NCBI RefSeq assembly: GCF_006345805.1
Contig: NC_043019.1
Coordinates: 6,385,360-6,449,359, forward strand
Length of the DNA: 64,000 bases
Direction: 5' to 3'
DNA from: Octopus sinensis
Taxonomy: Eukaryota
The notes under the pieces were generated by a model that saw nothing but the letters and a program-made list of their open reading frames with translations, was not told where the DNA came from and ran no database searches. Both the position numbers and the translations under genes were made by a program. Shown in pieces: positions 1 to 12,914 of the stretch (the first letter of the stretch is position 1; each line of letters begins with the position of its first letter).

Positions 1-608
1 TATTACAGTTATGTTTTGAAACAGATGATACAGGAACAGGAAAGTGTAGCATTGACGACAAAACATTTGTGTGCATGTGTCTGTGTGTGTGTGAGTGAAC
101 GTGTATGTGTGTGTGTGTGTGTACATATGACCCCAACAATTAACGGAACCGTACATAACATGTGTATGTATGTATACATATAAAGGAGCATATATGCATA
201 CATACATATATACATATGTGTGTGTAAACGTATGTACATATATATATATATACATAGTTACATTTTATATATATTTATATATCTTATATATCTTTATATA
301 TCTTTATTTATGTATATATATATATATACATATAGTGTAATAAATAAAATATATGCATACAAACAAACATATATGTACGTACCTACATCTACATGTATAT
401 ATACATGCATATATAAATATATATACGTGTGTACAGGACACCACAAATAGACGTAGAACTCAACGAGAAACGAAAACGTAAAAACAGCATGGAACGGACC
501 ATTTATATATATATATATATATCTTTTTTATGTATATATATATGTATATATATCTTTATATCTATATATATATATATCTTTGTTTATGTATATATATATA
601 TAAAGATA

Positions 609-643
<35 letters not shown>

Positions 644-802
644 ATATATTATATATATATGTATGTATAGTATATATATATATATATATATCTATATATA
701 CGATATATATATATCTTAGTATACATATATATTTAATGTATGTATATATATATATTAATATATGTATATATATATATTTATATATATATATATATATTAT
801 AG

Positions 803-837
<35 letters not shown>

Positions 838-901
838 GTGGTGCTATTAAGTTAGACATGGCCGGACCAATCTTTGGTCGAACACATCTAAGTTTATCTA
901 A

Positions 902-940
<39 letters not shown>

Positions 941-1030
941 GTGTGTGTATATATATATATATTATATCTTCTCGATACGGGTTGTGTGTTGTATATATAT
1001 CTTTGTTTATGTATATATATATATATCATT

Positions 1031-1064
<34 letters not shown>

Positions 1065-1758
1065 TCGATGTGTGATAGAGTTACTGGTAGAAACAACGTG
1101 AGGAGAATCATTGTTGGAGATATCAATCGGATATACAAACGTTGAAAGCACTTAGTATAATGCACCGAACATTTTAACAACAGCATCGACTGAGACCCTG
1201 CTGCGATATCTAATGCCAATTTGAAAGCATAAAAAAAGCCAAGTGGTGTTTAACCAGGAAATAGACCATCATCTTTTGGTCAGCTAATTGAATATGTTTT
1301 TCCATTTGTTTTATACATTTTGCAATGGCTGCTACAAATATACGATTCCGAATGGCTTTTTATTTCATAGCATTATTCGCTCTTACATACTGTTTTCCCA
1401 TTCTTGCAATATATTTATTGTATCTTTTCGCTTTTCTCTTTACAAATAATTTTCTCCTCGTTCACACGGTTTTTTTCTTTTCTTTTTTTCTTTGTTGTTG
1501 TTGTTGTGGATGTCGCTGTTGTTTAGTTCCAGGTCAGCTCCAACCAGGCGGACTTACAGTGAAAGGTGCTCGCCCTACACGCATTGTATGGAGAGCCTCA
1601 AAAGCAACATCTAATGATGAAACGAAAATCTTGCTTATGTCAAGAGACATTTACTCACAGCTCATATCAATGAAACTAGAAGGGGTTCTACTCTGCAGTT
1701 TAGAATCTTGGACAACACGCAAATAAAATAGTAAAAGCATCGCAAATTCTTTATCTTT

Positions 1759-1804
<46 letters not shown>

Positions 1805-1825
1805 ATATATAATATATTATTATCT

Positions 1826-2071
1826 TTACTCTTTATTCTTTTACTTCTTTCAGTCATTTGACTGCGGCCATGCTGGAGCACGCCTTCAGTCGACCAAATC
1901 GACCCCAGGACAATTCTTTGTAAGCCTGGTACTTATTCTATCGGTCTTATTTTGCCGAACTACTAGGTTACAGGGACATAAACACACCAGCATCGGTTGT
2001 CCAAGCGATGTTGGCCGGTGACAAACACAGACACACCACACAGACACACACACACAACACACACACACACA

Positions 2072-2104
<33 letters not shown>

Positions 2105-2707
2105 ATATATATATATATATAGAAATAAAATTATAAAATATAAATTACAAAGTGGGACAAGAACGCAAAAACACACAAGGAGACGACACAAAAAACGACG
2201 GGTCACTCGAAGCCTCTAATCTTCAGTCGGGAACCGGATCATCTTAGTAATTTCGGCTGTTTAATCTCGATATTACTCCGACCCGGCCAGCCCCAAGGAA
2301 CATCCAAGCCACAGGCATTGGATTTCTTGGAAAGAGGGTCGATGTATACGGAACAAGACAGGATGCCACACGAATATAAATACAAGAAACAAAATATATA
2401 TAAAAAACAGAAATAAAAACACGAATGGTGGACAGTACAAGGACAGGAGCGTCTTACGACTTTAGACAATTTTAACTTATCTTGGCTGGCGTAAATGAAA
2501 AAAGCCTTCTATATACATATACATATATATACACATATATACATACATATATACGACGGGCTTCTTTCAGTTTCCGTCTACCAAATCCACTCACAAGGCT
2601 TTGGTCGGCCCGAGGCTATATTAGAAGACACTTGCCCAAGGTGCCACGCAGTGGACTGAACCCGGAACCATGTGGTTGGTAAGCAAGCTACTTACCACAC
2701 AGCCACA
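1826..2707 (-). mobile_element. tRNA-derived SINE family A (CORE-like), interrupted inside its internal (TA)n by an unrelated ~380-bp insert (~2125-2505)
   Basis: Head GTGGCTGTGTGGTAAG...GGTTCAGTCC (A/B-box-like) followed by CCTTGGGCAAGTGTCTT, and tail GACTGAAAGAAGTAAAAG. Matches more than 10 other copies in the window. Confidence 0.8.
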
Positions 2708-2751
2708 CATGCATGTGTGTAGGTATATAAATATATACACATATATATATA

Positions 2752-2800
<49 letters not shown>

Positions 2801-3344
2801 ATATTACATAAATTATATATATATTATATACATATATAAATATATATATATAATATATATTACATAAATATATATATTCTTTATCTTTTATATATATATA
2901 TATCTACTGCTATAGAGTACACTCTAAGTTAATAGCAACTCAGAGTGTGCATCTTTTTCGGATTTATGATTTACTGACGATATATATACTCTTTTACTCT
3001 TTTACTTGTTTCAGTCATTTCACTGTGGCCATGCTGGAGCACCGCCTTTAGTCGAACAAGTCGACCCCAGGACTTACTGCTTCTAATTGTCGGACTACGG
3101 CGATTGTGGGGCGACGGCCTTGAAAGCTTTTAGTCCCTTGCATCGACTACGGTACTTTGGCTGGTACCTTGTATTATCTTCCTCCAGGAAGGGTTAGAAA
3201 ATGTCGAGGTGGGCTGGATGTAAATGGAATCAGTTGAACCAAATTTTTCTAAGTATGTTTTCCTTCACTTCTTGCATCCTACACTGATACATACACACCT
3301 GCATATACATATGCATATATGTGTATATATATATAGAGAGAGAG

Positions 3345-3433
<89 letters not shown>

Positions 3434-3610
3434 CAAACAAACATACATCCATACATCCATCCATTCATACATACATACATACATACATACATACATACAT
3501 ACATCCATCCATACATACATACATACATGCATACATACACATACATACATCCATACATACATACATACATACATCCATACATCCATCCATACATACATAC
3601 ATGATACATA

Positions 3611-4887
3611 CGAGGGGCGTTCAATAAGTAATGCCCTGAAACCACTTCCTATAGCAGTAGAGCAACGAAAACCTGGCACAGGTTATTAGTCTTTTTCTAC
3701 ATAGAAACACAGAGCTTACGCATTTCTCCCCATTGCTTGATGCAGCTCTGGAGACCGTTTTTGTAGAAGACCCAGCTTGGTCCTCCAACCTGACGTGACT
3801 TCAGAAATCAAGGCTGCATCATCTGGGAAACGCTTTCCTTCAAAAACAACTTCATGACTGGGAAGAGGTGAAAATCAGAGGGTGCAAGGTCAGGAAAGTT
3901 AGGGGATGCGGGAGGAGTTCATAGCCATACGCCTGTGCTTCTGATCTGGCGACAAGCGAGTTGTGGACCGGAGCGTTGTCCTGCAGGAGGAGGATGCCTT
4001 TGCTGATCTTGCCCCGCCTCTTGATTTTGATAACTTCTCTAATTTCCTCAAAAGTGAAGCATAATAGGCTCCTGCAATTGTGGTACCCTTTGCCAGGAAA
4101 TCTGTCATCACTACTCCGTCCTGGTCCCAGAAGACTGTGAGCATGACCTTGCCAGCGGAGGGCTGCACCCTTGCCTTCTTTGGAGGGGGTGAGTCACGGT
4201 GCTTCCAATGCATTGACTGGGCTTTGGTCTCTGGATCATCGTGATGGACCTGTGTAATCAGAGTTTTGAAAAATTTTGACTCATCTTCTTGGCACATCTC
4301 CAAATTCATCCTCGAGCACTCGACGCGTTCTTGCTTCTGGAAAGGTATGAGCAACCTGGGAATCCATCTTGCAGACACCTTTTGCATATCCAAATGGTCA
4401 TGAATGATAGTTTCCACAGACCCGGTACTAATCTTGACCTCATGGGCTATTTGGCGAATAGTTATGCGTCGATCTTCCAAAATGGCAGCCTCAACTTGAC
4501 GGACAGATGCCTCATCAATGGCAGAAAGGGGGCGACCAGATCTGGGAGCTGTTTCCACAGAGTTCCGACCATGTTTGAATTCACGATGCCAGCGTTTTAC
4601 AAAGTCATATGATGGGGCATCATCACCATAAGTTACTTTCATTTCATCAAAAGTCTTCCGTGGTGTGCGTCCTTTCAAATACAAAAACCGGATCACTGCT
4701 TGACACTCAACAGGCTCCATTTGATACTTGACTCAGTTCAAACACATGTAAATCGGAAACCGCAATTAGTCCAGAGCTGTAATTTGCCACTTAATCTATA
4801 GAGATATCAATAATTGCACATGCAAAATTTCAGCTAGATCAAATAACTGCAAGTGGGTCAGAAGCATTACTTATTGAACGTCCCTCG
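3611..4887 (-). mobile_element. Full-length mariner (DD34D) DNA transposon, 1277 bp
   Basis: Imperfect TIRs CGAGGGGCGTTCAATAAGTAATGC / GCATTACTTATTGAACGTCCCTCG, flanked by TA on both sides, inside a (TACA)n tract. Internal transposase present. Confidence 0.95.
3686..4720 (-). pseudogene. Mariner transposase pseudogene
   Basis: ATG at 4720. HTH region, PRSGRP and WIPRLL linker are present. After a frameshift near 4035 the sequence reads QDNAPVH and HPPNFPDLAPSDFHLF, with stop at 3686. The first catalytic D (T-G-DE-TW block) is deleted (LITQVHH). Confidence 0.92.
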
Positions 4888-5347
4888 TACACATATATAC
4901 ATACATACATACATCATACATACATACATACATACATACATACATCATACATACATACATACATACATACATCATACATACATACATACATACATACACA
5001 TACATACATACATACATACATACATACATACATACATACATACATACATACATACACATACATACATACATACATGCATGCATACATACATACATACTAC
5101 ATACACTACATACATACATACATACATACATACATACATCATACATACATCCACATACATACATACATCATACATACATACATACATACATACATACATA
5201 CATACATACATACACCACTAGCATGTTCGGTGGATGTGCCACGCACGCAATCCAGCCTGGTAGCCGATACTCTTGATCATCAAACTCTAAATCGTAAATC
5301 CACATCTTTTATTGTCATGATGACCGAAATTGTTATACTTTTACATG

Positions 5348-5404
<57 letters not shown>

Positions 5405-5540
5405 TGTATGTATATATATCACAAAAAATTCCTTTTAGCTATGTTGAATGCGATAAAGATAATTTGATTCTAGTGAAATTCCTCACCACGGTCATTTTCC
5501 TACCCTTTTGCCAAAACCAAGGAAAGTAAACTGTTTCGTT

Positions 5541-5823
5541 ACTCTTACTCTCTCTCTCTTTTACTCTTTTACTTGTTTCAGTCATTTGACTGCGGCCATG
5601 CTGGAGCACCGCCTTTAGTCGAGCAAACCGACCCCAGGATTTATTCTTTGTAACTTTGTACTTATTCTATCGGTTTTCTTTTGCCGAAGCGCTATGTTAC
5701 GGGGGACGTAAACACATCAGCATCGGTTGTCAAGCGATGTTGGGCGGGACAAACACAGACCACACAAACACACACACACATACATACATATATATATATA
5801 TATATTAATATATATATATATAC

Positions 5824-5881
<58 letters not shown>

Positions 5882-5946
5882 TATATACGACGGGCTTCTT
5901 TCAGTTTCCGTCTACCAAATCCACTCACAAGGCTTTGGTTGGACCG
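5541..5946 (-). mobile_element. SINE family A, 5'-truncated
   Basis: Body and tail match family A; internal CA/TA tract present. Confidence 0.75.
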
Positions 5947-6410
5947 AGAGGACAGTGGTTAGAACTTATTCTAAAGTTCTTGATACCATCACCGTCTTCC
6001 CAAAACCATTTATAGAAAATGAAACCTCCTCAACCCAAAAGGGGTTAAAGTTGATTCAGTCATTAGACTGCAGCCATGCTGGGGCACCGTCTTCAATAAT
6101 TTTAATCGGGCAGATCGACCCTAATTGAGGCACTTATTTTATCGGTCTCTTTCGCCGAACCACTATGTTACGGCGACGTAACCACACCAACACTAGTTAT
6201 CAAGCGGTGATGAGAGACAATCACAGACAGGGAGACAGACATACACACAAATATATATACATATGGTCCATGGATGAGAATCAGACATTCTCCGTATAGA
6301 ATACACTCAGTAGTGCTCAAGAGATTTAAACTAGAGTGGGCAGAGGAGTGAAGGTAGAGATAAGCAAGTTACACAGATCAATACATAAAGTATATTAAAT
6401 ATATGAAATA

Positions 6411-6826
6411 TGGCGGTGAGCTGGCAGAAACGTTAGCGCGCCGGGCGAAATGCTTAGCGGTATTTCGTCTGCCGTTATGTTCTGAGTTCAAATTCCGCCG
6501 AGATCGACTTTGCCTTTCATCCTTTCGGGGTCGATAAATTAAGTACCAGTTGCGCACTGGGGTCGATATAATCGACTTAATACCTATATCTGTCCTTGTT
6601 TGTCCACTCTATGTTTAGCCCCTTGTGGGTAATAAAGAAATAGGCATTTCGTCTGTCGTTACGTTCTGAATTCAAATTCCGCCGAGGTCGACTTTGCCTT
6701 CCATTCTTTCGGGGTCGATAAATAAAGTACCAGTTTCGCACTGGGGTCGATGTAAACGACTTAATCTCTTTGTCTGTCCTTGTTTGTCCCCTCTATGTTT
6801 AGCCCCTTGTGGGTAATAAAGAAATA
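6411..6826 (+). mobile_element. SINE family B (tRNA head, MetaSINE-like core), duplicated body
   Basis: Head GGCGGTGAGCTGGCAGAA...GAGTTCAAATTCC, core GCCTTTCATCCTTTCGGGGTCGATAAA. A 20-bp TSD TATATTAAATATATGAAATA lies at 6391-6410 and 6827-6846. Confidence 0.85.
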
Positions 6827-7867
6827 TATATTAAATATATGAAATACAAAAAAATGTATATATGTATACATACAAAAAGGTTCGACTGATACAGAATAGA
6901 AATGATATCGAGAATTAAAGGGGTTGAAGAAAAGAATTACAAATCCGATAGCTGTTTCTGAGGGCTCGGTGGTCCAAAATATTGCTTGTAGATTGATTCC
7001 ACCGTCGGATAAGACAAGAGATCTTATATTTCTTTCAACACCTCAAATATGTGTATGTGTATGTGTATCTGAGTGTGTATACGTATGTACATATGTATCT
7101 ATGTATGTATGTATTTATGTATGTATGTATGCATGTATGTATGTATGTGCATGCATGCATGCATGCATGCATGCATGCATGTATGTATGTATGTATGTAT
7201 GCATGCATGTATGTATGTATGTATGTATGTATGTATGTATGTATGTATGTATGTATGTATGTGTGCATGTATGTATGTATACGGTGGGCCTCTTTCAGTT
7301 TTTGTCTACTAAATCAATACATAAAGCTTTTGTCGCTGCGAGGCTATAGTAGAAGACACTTACCAAAGGTGCCACGCAGTGACACTGAACCCAGAACCAT
7401 GTGGTCGGGAAACAGACTTCTTACCACCAAGCCATACAGTCACGTGAAATTATGATATACTATCCTTGAGAATGATATTACAGAGTTATACAGCATTATT
7501 GCTATTGATATCATAAAATTATAAAAAGTATTGATGGCATTTTGTTTTTTTATAAATATACAAATAGGAAATGTTTTATGTAATTTTCTTGCGAAGTTTA
7601 ATAAATATTTTTAGTTTCAAAATTAGTATTCAGTTCATGATTTCGTATAAATCCATGAAATTTGAAAAAACGTAAAATTATAATTATTCATAAGGTTACG
7701 CAGAACAGCGCGAATCCAAGCCATAACATATTTATTCTCTCTCAATACGTTCTGACAGATGCGAATGGGAATATTTGATTACTGTTATTTTTCGTCTTTG
7801 GAAAACATTCCATCCTTTTTCGACGATGTGCGTTCATAACGCATGCGATTCACTGGTGTAATGGGAC

Positions 7868-7916
7868 TCTGAGACAATGCATTGTTTCGACCTTATTGTG
7901 TGTCTCCTCAGTCAAA
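7868..7916 (-). ncRNA. Type I hammerhead ribozyme motif (canonical core)
   Basis: Minus strand: tttga-CTGAGGA-gac(acacaataag)gtc-GAAA-caatgcattg-TC-tcaga. Stem II is closed by G-C, stem III is the palindrome ACAATGCATTGT, the site is GUC, and stem I has 5 bp. Confidence 0.75.
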
Positions 7917-8104
7917 TGTCGAAACATTACAGTGTCTCATACTTCCCTTTACGCCATCGAATCACGTGTGTTATCAACCTTGGGTAAGTGTTTTCTACTG
8001 TCGCCTCAGGTCCACCAAAGCCTTGTGAGTGGGTTTAGTAAACATTTCATCCCTTTTCGACGATATGCGTTCATAACGCATGCGATTCACTGGTGTAATG
8101 GGAC

Positions 8105-8153
8105 CTTGAGACTATGCATTGTTTCGACCTTATTCTGTGTCTCCTCAGCCAAA
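8105..8153 (-). ncRNA. Type I hammerhead ribozyme motif, second copy (one stem III mismatch)
   Basis: Minus strand: tttgg-CTGAGGA-gac...gtc-GAAA-caatgcatag-TC-tcaag. Confidence 0.6.
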
Positions 8154-8215
8154 GGTCGAAACACTACAGTGTCTCATACTTCCCTTTACGCTATCGAATC
8201 ACGTGTGTTATCAAC

Positions 8216-8580
8216 CTTGGGTAAGCGTTTTCTACTGTGGCCTCACCAGAGCCTTGTGAGTGGATTTAGTTAACAGAAAGTGAAAGAAGCGCATATATGG
8301 ATATGATTGTATGTATATATGTGTTTATGTCTATTTGTGTGTGTGTGTATGTCTTTGAGTCTGTGTTTGTCCCCCCACCACCACCACTGCTTAACAATCA
8401 GCGATGGATGGTTCGTTACTTACATGTAATATTGCGGTTCGGCAAAAGGGACTGATAAAATAAATAGCACGCTTTAAAAAAATAAGTACTGGGGCCCATT
8501 TGTTGGACTAAAAATTCTACAAGGCGGTCCCCAGCATGGCCACAGTCTAATGGCTGAAAGCAAGTAAAGGAATACAAGAA
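8216..8580 (+). mobile_element. Diverged SINE family A copy
   Basis: CCTTGGGTAAG...GTGAGTGGATTT...CAGCATGGCCACAGTC...CAAGTAAA. Confidence 0.65.
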
Positions 8581-8660
8581 AACATCGCTGAAAGGGAGGA
8601 AATATTCTCTGTTGACAAAAAGCAGCGATCGGATATTCACAAGATATTCTAAGAAAAATA

Positions 8661-8700
<40 letters not shown>

Positions 8701-8702
<2 letters not shown>

Positions 8703-9315
8703 TGAAATATAGTTGCCACTTAAATGTTGCTAACCCTCATCCAGCTGGCTATTGACACACTTTCTGTGTCCTATCAGTATTTGCAAAGGGAAGCCATCCT
8801 TCCCATCTTCAATCTGACATGATACACACAGACTCGAGTTTCTGGGTATTGGCCCGTCATCAGCGTGTGACAATCACTGATTGCCGATGAAAAGTGAGTT
8901 CCCTTTCCAAATATATATCCTTTTTCCAGTGACGAAAAGTCACTGATATCGAAAAAGTGTAAACAAGCGATAATAAATCTCTGAGCGAGGTATAAACAGT
9001 AGCTGCACGACATCGTGAAGTATATTTTCCACTTAAGACATTTCGTCACTGGAAAAAGGATATATATTTGCAAGGGGAACCTACTTTTCATCGGCAATCA
9101 GTGATTGTCACACGTTGATGACGGATGAATACCCAGAAACTGGAATCTGTATGTATCACGTCAGATGGGAAGGATGGTTTCCCTTTGCAAATACTGATAG
9201 GGCACAGAAAGTGTGTCAATAGCCAGCTGGATGAGGTGTCCTCCTGGGGCTACAAGCTACAGTAGCATCCACCCTTAAGGGTTAGCCATATTAGTGGCAA
9301 ATTCAAATTACGATG
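8701..9315. mobile_element. Head-to-head inverted element (~200-bp arms, 8736-8941 and 9037-9236), each arm with an HHR motif; Penelope-like pLTR candidate
   Basis: The arms are reverse complements and the element abuts a (TA)n tract. Confidence 0.7.
8826..8868 (-). ncRNA. Minimal Type I hammerhead ribozyme motif
   Basis: Minus strand: acacg-CTGATGA-cggg(ccaata)ccca-GAAA-ctcgag-TC-tgtgt. Stem III palindrome ACTCGAGT, GUC site, 5-bp stem I. A decayed mirror copy lies at 9110-9152 (+). Confidence 0.7.
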
Positions 9316-9944
9316 AACGGAAACAAACAAACGAAGTTTGCTTTAGAAGAGTTGAGATGTCTTAGAAAGTTAAAGAAGTGATTTTTTAAATTCTCAAACG
9401 CAGGATAATGCTAATAATATAGCCTGAACAGAATAAACTACCCATATTTTGCAGAAAAAAGTGTTGGCGGCCGGCTGACGGGCTTCTTTCAGTTTCTATC
9501 TACCAAATCTATTCACAAGGCTTTGGTCGATCCGAACCCATAGTAGAAGACATTTGACCAAGGTAGCATGCAGTGGGACTGAAACAGGAACCATGTGGTT
9601 GGAAAGCAAACTTCTTACCACACAATTACACCTGCGCCTAGAATAAAATGAGATCTCATCAGACACAGGGAAGCCATTAACTTATAATGTATAAAGTAAA
9701 TTTACGACTTTTGTCTTTATTAATTTTTTCATCTTTTCTCTGTTAAAAGCTTACACAATCCATTTTTAGAATAAAATTTAAAAATTACCATCCACGTTAA
9801 ACTTGTTTAGTCTTGATACCTCACCTGCGATTTAGGCAAGCATTAGGCATAATAACTACTCAAAAAAGTGTGGGGGGTGGGGCTACAAAATTAAAGATTA
9901 AGAAACACTGCATTAGATCAACTAATACCTATACAGCAATATCC

Positions 9945-10781
9945 TTTCTAATATAGGAACAAAGCCTGAAATTTTGGAGAAGAAGGCCAGTTGGTGTCAT
10001 CGACCCCAGTGCTCGGATATTTCGGTTTGAACGGCAGTTTTTAACATAATTTCTAGGTAACTAAAAAATTTTAAACTTCGTATACTGGTAGAATGTGTTT
10101 ATAAAACATCTTTTTCTCTTGGCTTTATTGAGAAAATTCTATATTTTGTAAGATATTTGTTGTTGTTTTTTTCTTCAATTTCTGCAATTTCAACCAATCA
10201 ATAATGTCTATTGAGGTAAAAAAACATTATGTGCCGTATGAATATGTCCCTCGTTTAAGAAATAGATTGGGTTTTTTTACATTTCTGAATAAAAAATGAT
10301 ACCCTTCCCCCACCCCTAACTCTAACCCTAACCCTAAAACAGATTGAAATGCAATAGATCGATACTAGGGTCATAATTATGTTGACAATTTCATTTGACA
10401 CCGCTAGAAAAAACTGCCGTTCAAACCGAAAAGATCCCAGTGCTCAACCAGTATTTGTTTTATCGATCTCGAATGAATAAAAAGCAAAGCTGACTTCGGT
10501 GGTATTTGAACTCAGAACGCCAAGCATTTTGCGCGGCGTGCTAACGGTTCTGCCAGCTCACTTATTTCTTTATTGCCCACAGAGGGGACAAACAAGGACA
10601 GACAAAGGGATTAAGTCGATTACATCGACCCCAGTGTGTAACTGGTACTTAATTTATCGACCCCGAAATGATGAAAGGCAAAGTCGACCTCGGTGGAATT
10701 TGAACTCAGAACGTAACGGCAGACGAAATACGGCTATGCATTTTGCGCGGCGTGCTAACGGTTCTGCCAGCTCACTGCCTT
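9945..10781 (-). mobile_element. SINE family B (multimeric) interrupted by a MITE
   Basis: Family B sequence CGACCCCAGTGCTC|AACCAGT continues across the MITE; head at ~10780. Confidence 0.7.
10015..10437. mobile_element. Non-autonomous DNA transposon (MITE), Merlin-like
   Basis: TIRs GGATATTTCGGTTTGAACGGCAGTTTTT / AAAAACTGCCGTTCAAACCGAAAAGATCC with an exact 8-bp TSD CAGTGCTC (10007-10014, 10438-10445). GG termini with an 8-bp TSD fit Merlin. Confidence 0.8.
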
Positions 10782-11603
10782 AACTGTGATCACCAATATG
10801 AACATATTCTTTGAAAGTAAAATCTGTGTTATCTCTAGCTGACACCTCAATGAACTAAAACATGTGGCATTTTACTCCACGGGAAAAGGAAACAATTTCC
10901 TCCATTGAATTTGAACAAAAGCAGTGAGCGTTTGACGATTAATTATCTTATTCAGTCAGCCATTTTATCTCTGCACTATAAATATGTGTCGATTTAATCG
11001 ATGTCAGCTCTTCGCTTATAAGTATTGGGTTTGTGTCTATGTCAGAAATTATTAATATAATCAACGACTTTTACACCTTCGCAAAGAGTTCGCGACAAAA
11101 TTTATTAACTCAATGAAAATTCAATAAATACGCAGAGAATGAATAAAAAGAAAATTAATTTTTGAAATTCGTTTTTAAGCTACTTTTTATCAGATTTTGC
11201 TTCGCATGTTCCATTTTTGTTGTCGTCCATTGCTTTCTCTCGTTCTCACATTTTTATTGTAGTTTTGTGTTTGCCTTTTTATTCTGTTTATATATTTATT
11301 TTTGTTTCTCTCCTTATCTTAAAACGCCCCGTGGTGTCAGGCAGCGTTTGAATGGTGATATGAATATTCTTTGAGAATAAAACGAAGATAATCGAAACGC
11401 TATACTTTCTTCCGAAGGAGTCATTATCGTTGGATTTAATCTTTATCAAAAACATCTTTCTCTGTGTGTCTATGTGCATATAATTATATATATGTGTGTG
11501 CAGCGCGCGCATTCGTGTGTGAGAGAGTGTGTGTGTGTATGTATATATATGTAGTGTGTGTGCACGTTCATGCACGCCTGTGTATGAATGTGTCAAATAA
11601 CAC

Positions 11604-11829
11604 TGTCAAAACGCCATTTTCCCCACTTAAAATCCCCTGTATCTGTTATATAGCTATTGTTATTGGTGTTTAGCATACTTATAACAAACGTGTATCTTCA
11701 TTCAGTATGCATGTGTCTTTATGCATATTGAATGAAGAAACACGTTCGTTAGAAGTATGCCAAACACCAATAACAATAGCTATATAACAGATACAGGGGG
11801 TTTTAAGTGGGGAAAATGGTATTTTGACA
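11604..11829. repeat. Fold-back inverted repeat, ~109-bp arms, 8-nt spacer
   Basis: TGTCAAAACGCCATTTTCCCCAC...ATGCAT gtgtcttt ATGCAT...GTGGGGAAAATGGTATTTTGACA. Confidence 0.85.
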
Positions 11830-11850
11830 AAGCTATCGAAGTTCTATATT

Positions 11851-12249
11851 CTTTTCTATTCTAGGCACAAGGCCCAAAATTTTGGGGGAGGAGCCCAGTC
11901 GATTAGATCTACCCCAGTACGCAACTGGTACTTAATTTAATCGACCTCGAAAAGATGAAATGAGGAAAGTCGACCATAACGTAATTTGAACTCAGAACGT
12001 AACGGCAGACAATACCTATTTCTTTACTACCCACAAGGGGCTAAACACAGAGAGGAAAAACAAGGACAGACAAACGGATTAAGTCGATTATATCGATCCC
12101 AGTGCGTAACTAGTACTTATTTAATCGATCCCGAAAGGATGTAAGGTAAAGTCGACCACGGCGGAATTTGAACTCAGAACGTAAAGACAGACGAAATACC
12201 GCTAACCATATCGCGCGGCGTGCTAACGTTTCTGCCAGCTCGCCGCCTT
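11851..12249 (-). mobile_element. SINE family B with duplicated body
   Basis: Family B head at ~12248; 15-bp TSD TCGAAGTTCTATATT at 11836-11850 and 12250-12264. Confidence 0.85.
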
Positions 12250-12309
12250 TCGAAGTTCTATATTGACCGTATAGGTTTTACAACTTTACTAAATATTTTG
12301 CGACAATCT

Positions 12310-12618
12310 CTATGTTTATTCCTTCTCAAGCGATGCCTGGCTCATAAGGAGCGGTTTCCTCGGTTTCCTTGGCGTATAGGTTCCCCACCTGGGCGGGATG
12401 CCGATACGTTACAGGTGAGCTGCAAGATGCAGGAGGAAAGAGTGAGAGAAAGTTGTGGCGAAAGAGTCAGCAGAAGTTTCGCCATTACCTTCTGCCGGAG
12501 CCGCGTTGAGCTTAGGTGTTGCGCTCATAAACACACACATCGCCCGGTCTGAGATTCGAACCCGCGATCCCTCGACCGCGAGTCCGCTGCTCTAACCACT
12601 AGACCATGTGCCTCCACA
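12310..12618 (-). mobile_element. tRNA-headed SINE (family C-type head, different body)
   Basis: Minus strand: GTGGAGGCACATGGTCTAGTGGTTAGAGCAGCGGACTCGCGGTCGAGGGATCGCGGGTTCGAATCTC. Confidence 0.75.
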
Positions 12619-12914
12619 CATTCTCTATACGAACTACAATATATCCCAAGACACCACGCATTGATTTTTATGCATTGCAGTTATTTTAATTCTTGTTTTT
12701 TATGCATCCTTAGAGCAATATGCAGCCCGGTTAAATTTTTGTTTTGAATATTTGATTTGTAATTGAAAGTAGTTAAAACTTCTATAAATTTAAAGCAGGC
12801 CTTAAGGCGGCGAGCTGGCAGAAACGTTAGCACGCCGGGCAAAGCTTGAAATCAATTTAGAGCAGGCCTTAATTTTATTTTCTACAGGGCTGTATAAATA
12901 AATAAATATATAAA

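Larger units (their letters stand above)
7803..8270. repeat. Tandem duplication (2 x ~238 bp) of a fold-back element plus a SINE-A fragment
   Basis: 7803-8040 and 8041-8270 are near-identical. Each contains a ~140-nt imperfect inverted repeat. Confidence 0.85.

Noticed and set aside
2200-2260. CTGAAGA on the minus strand in a TA-embedded insert (similar case at 58455-58500)
   Set aside because: No paired stem II followed by GAAA in the correct order. It may still be a Penelope-type fragment, but no ribozyme can be supported.
10314-10336. Telomere or fusion site
   Set aside because: Only 3-4 degenerate units, and they lie inside a MITE.
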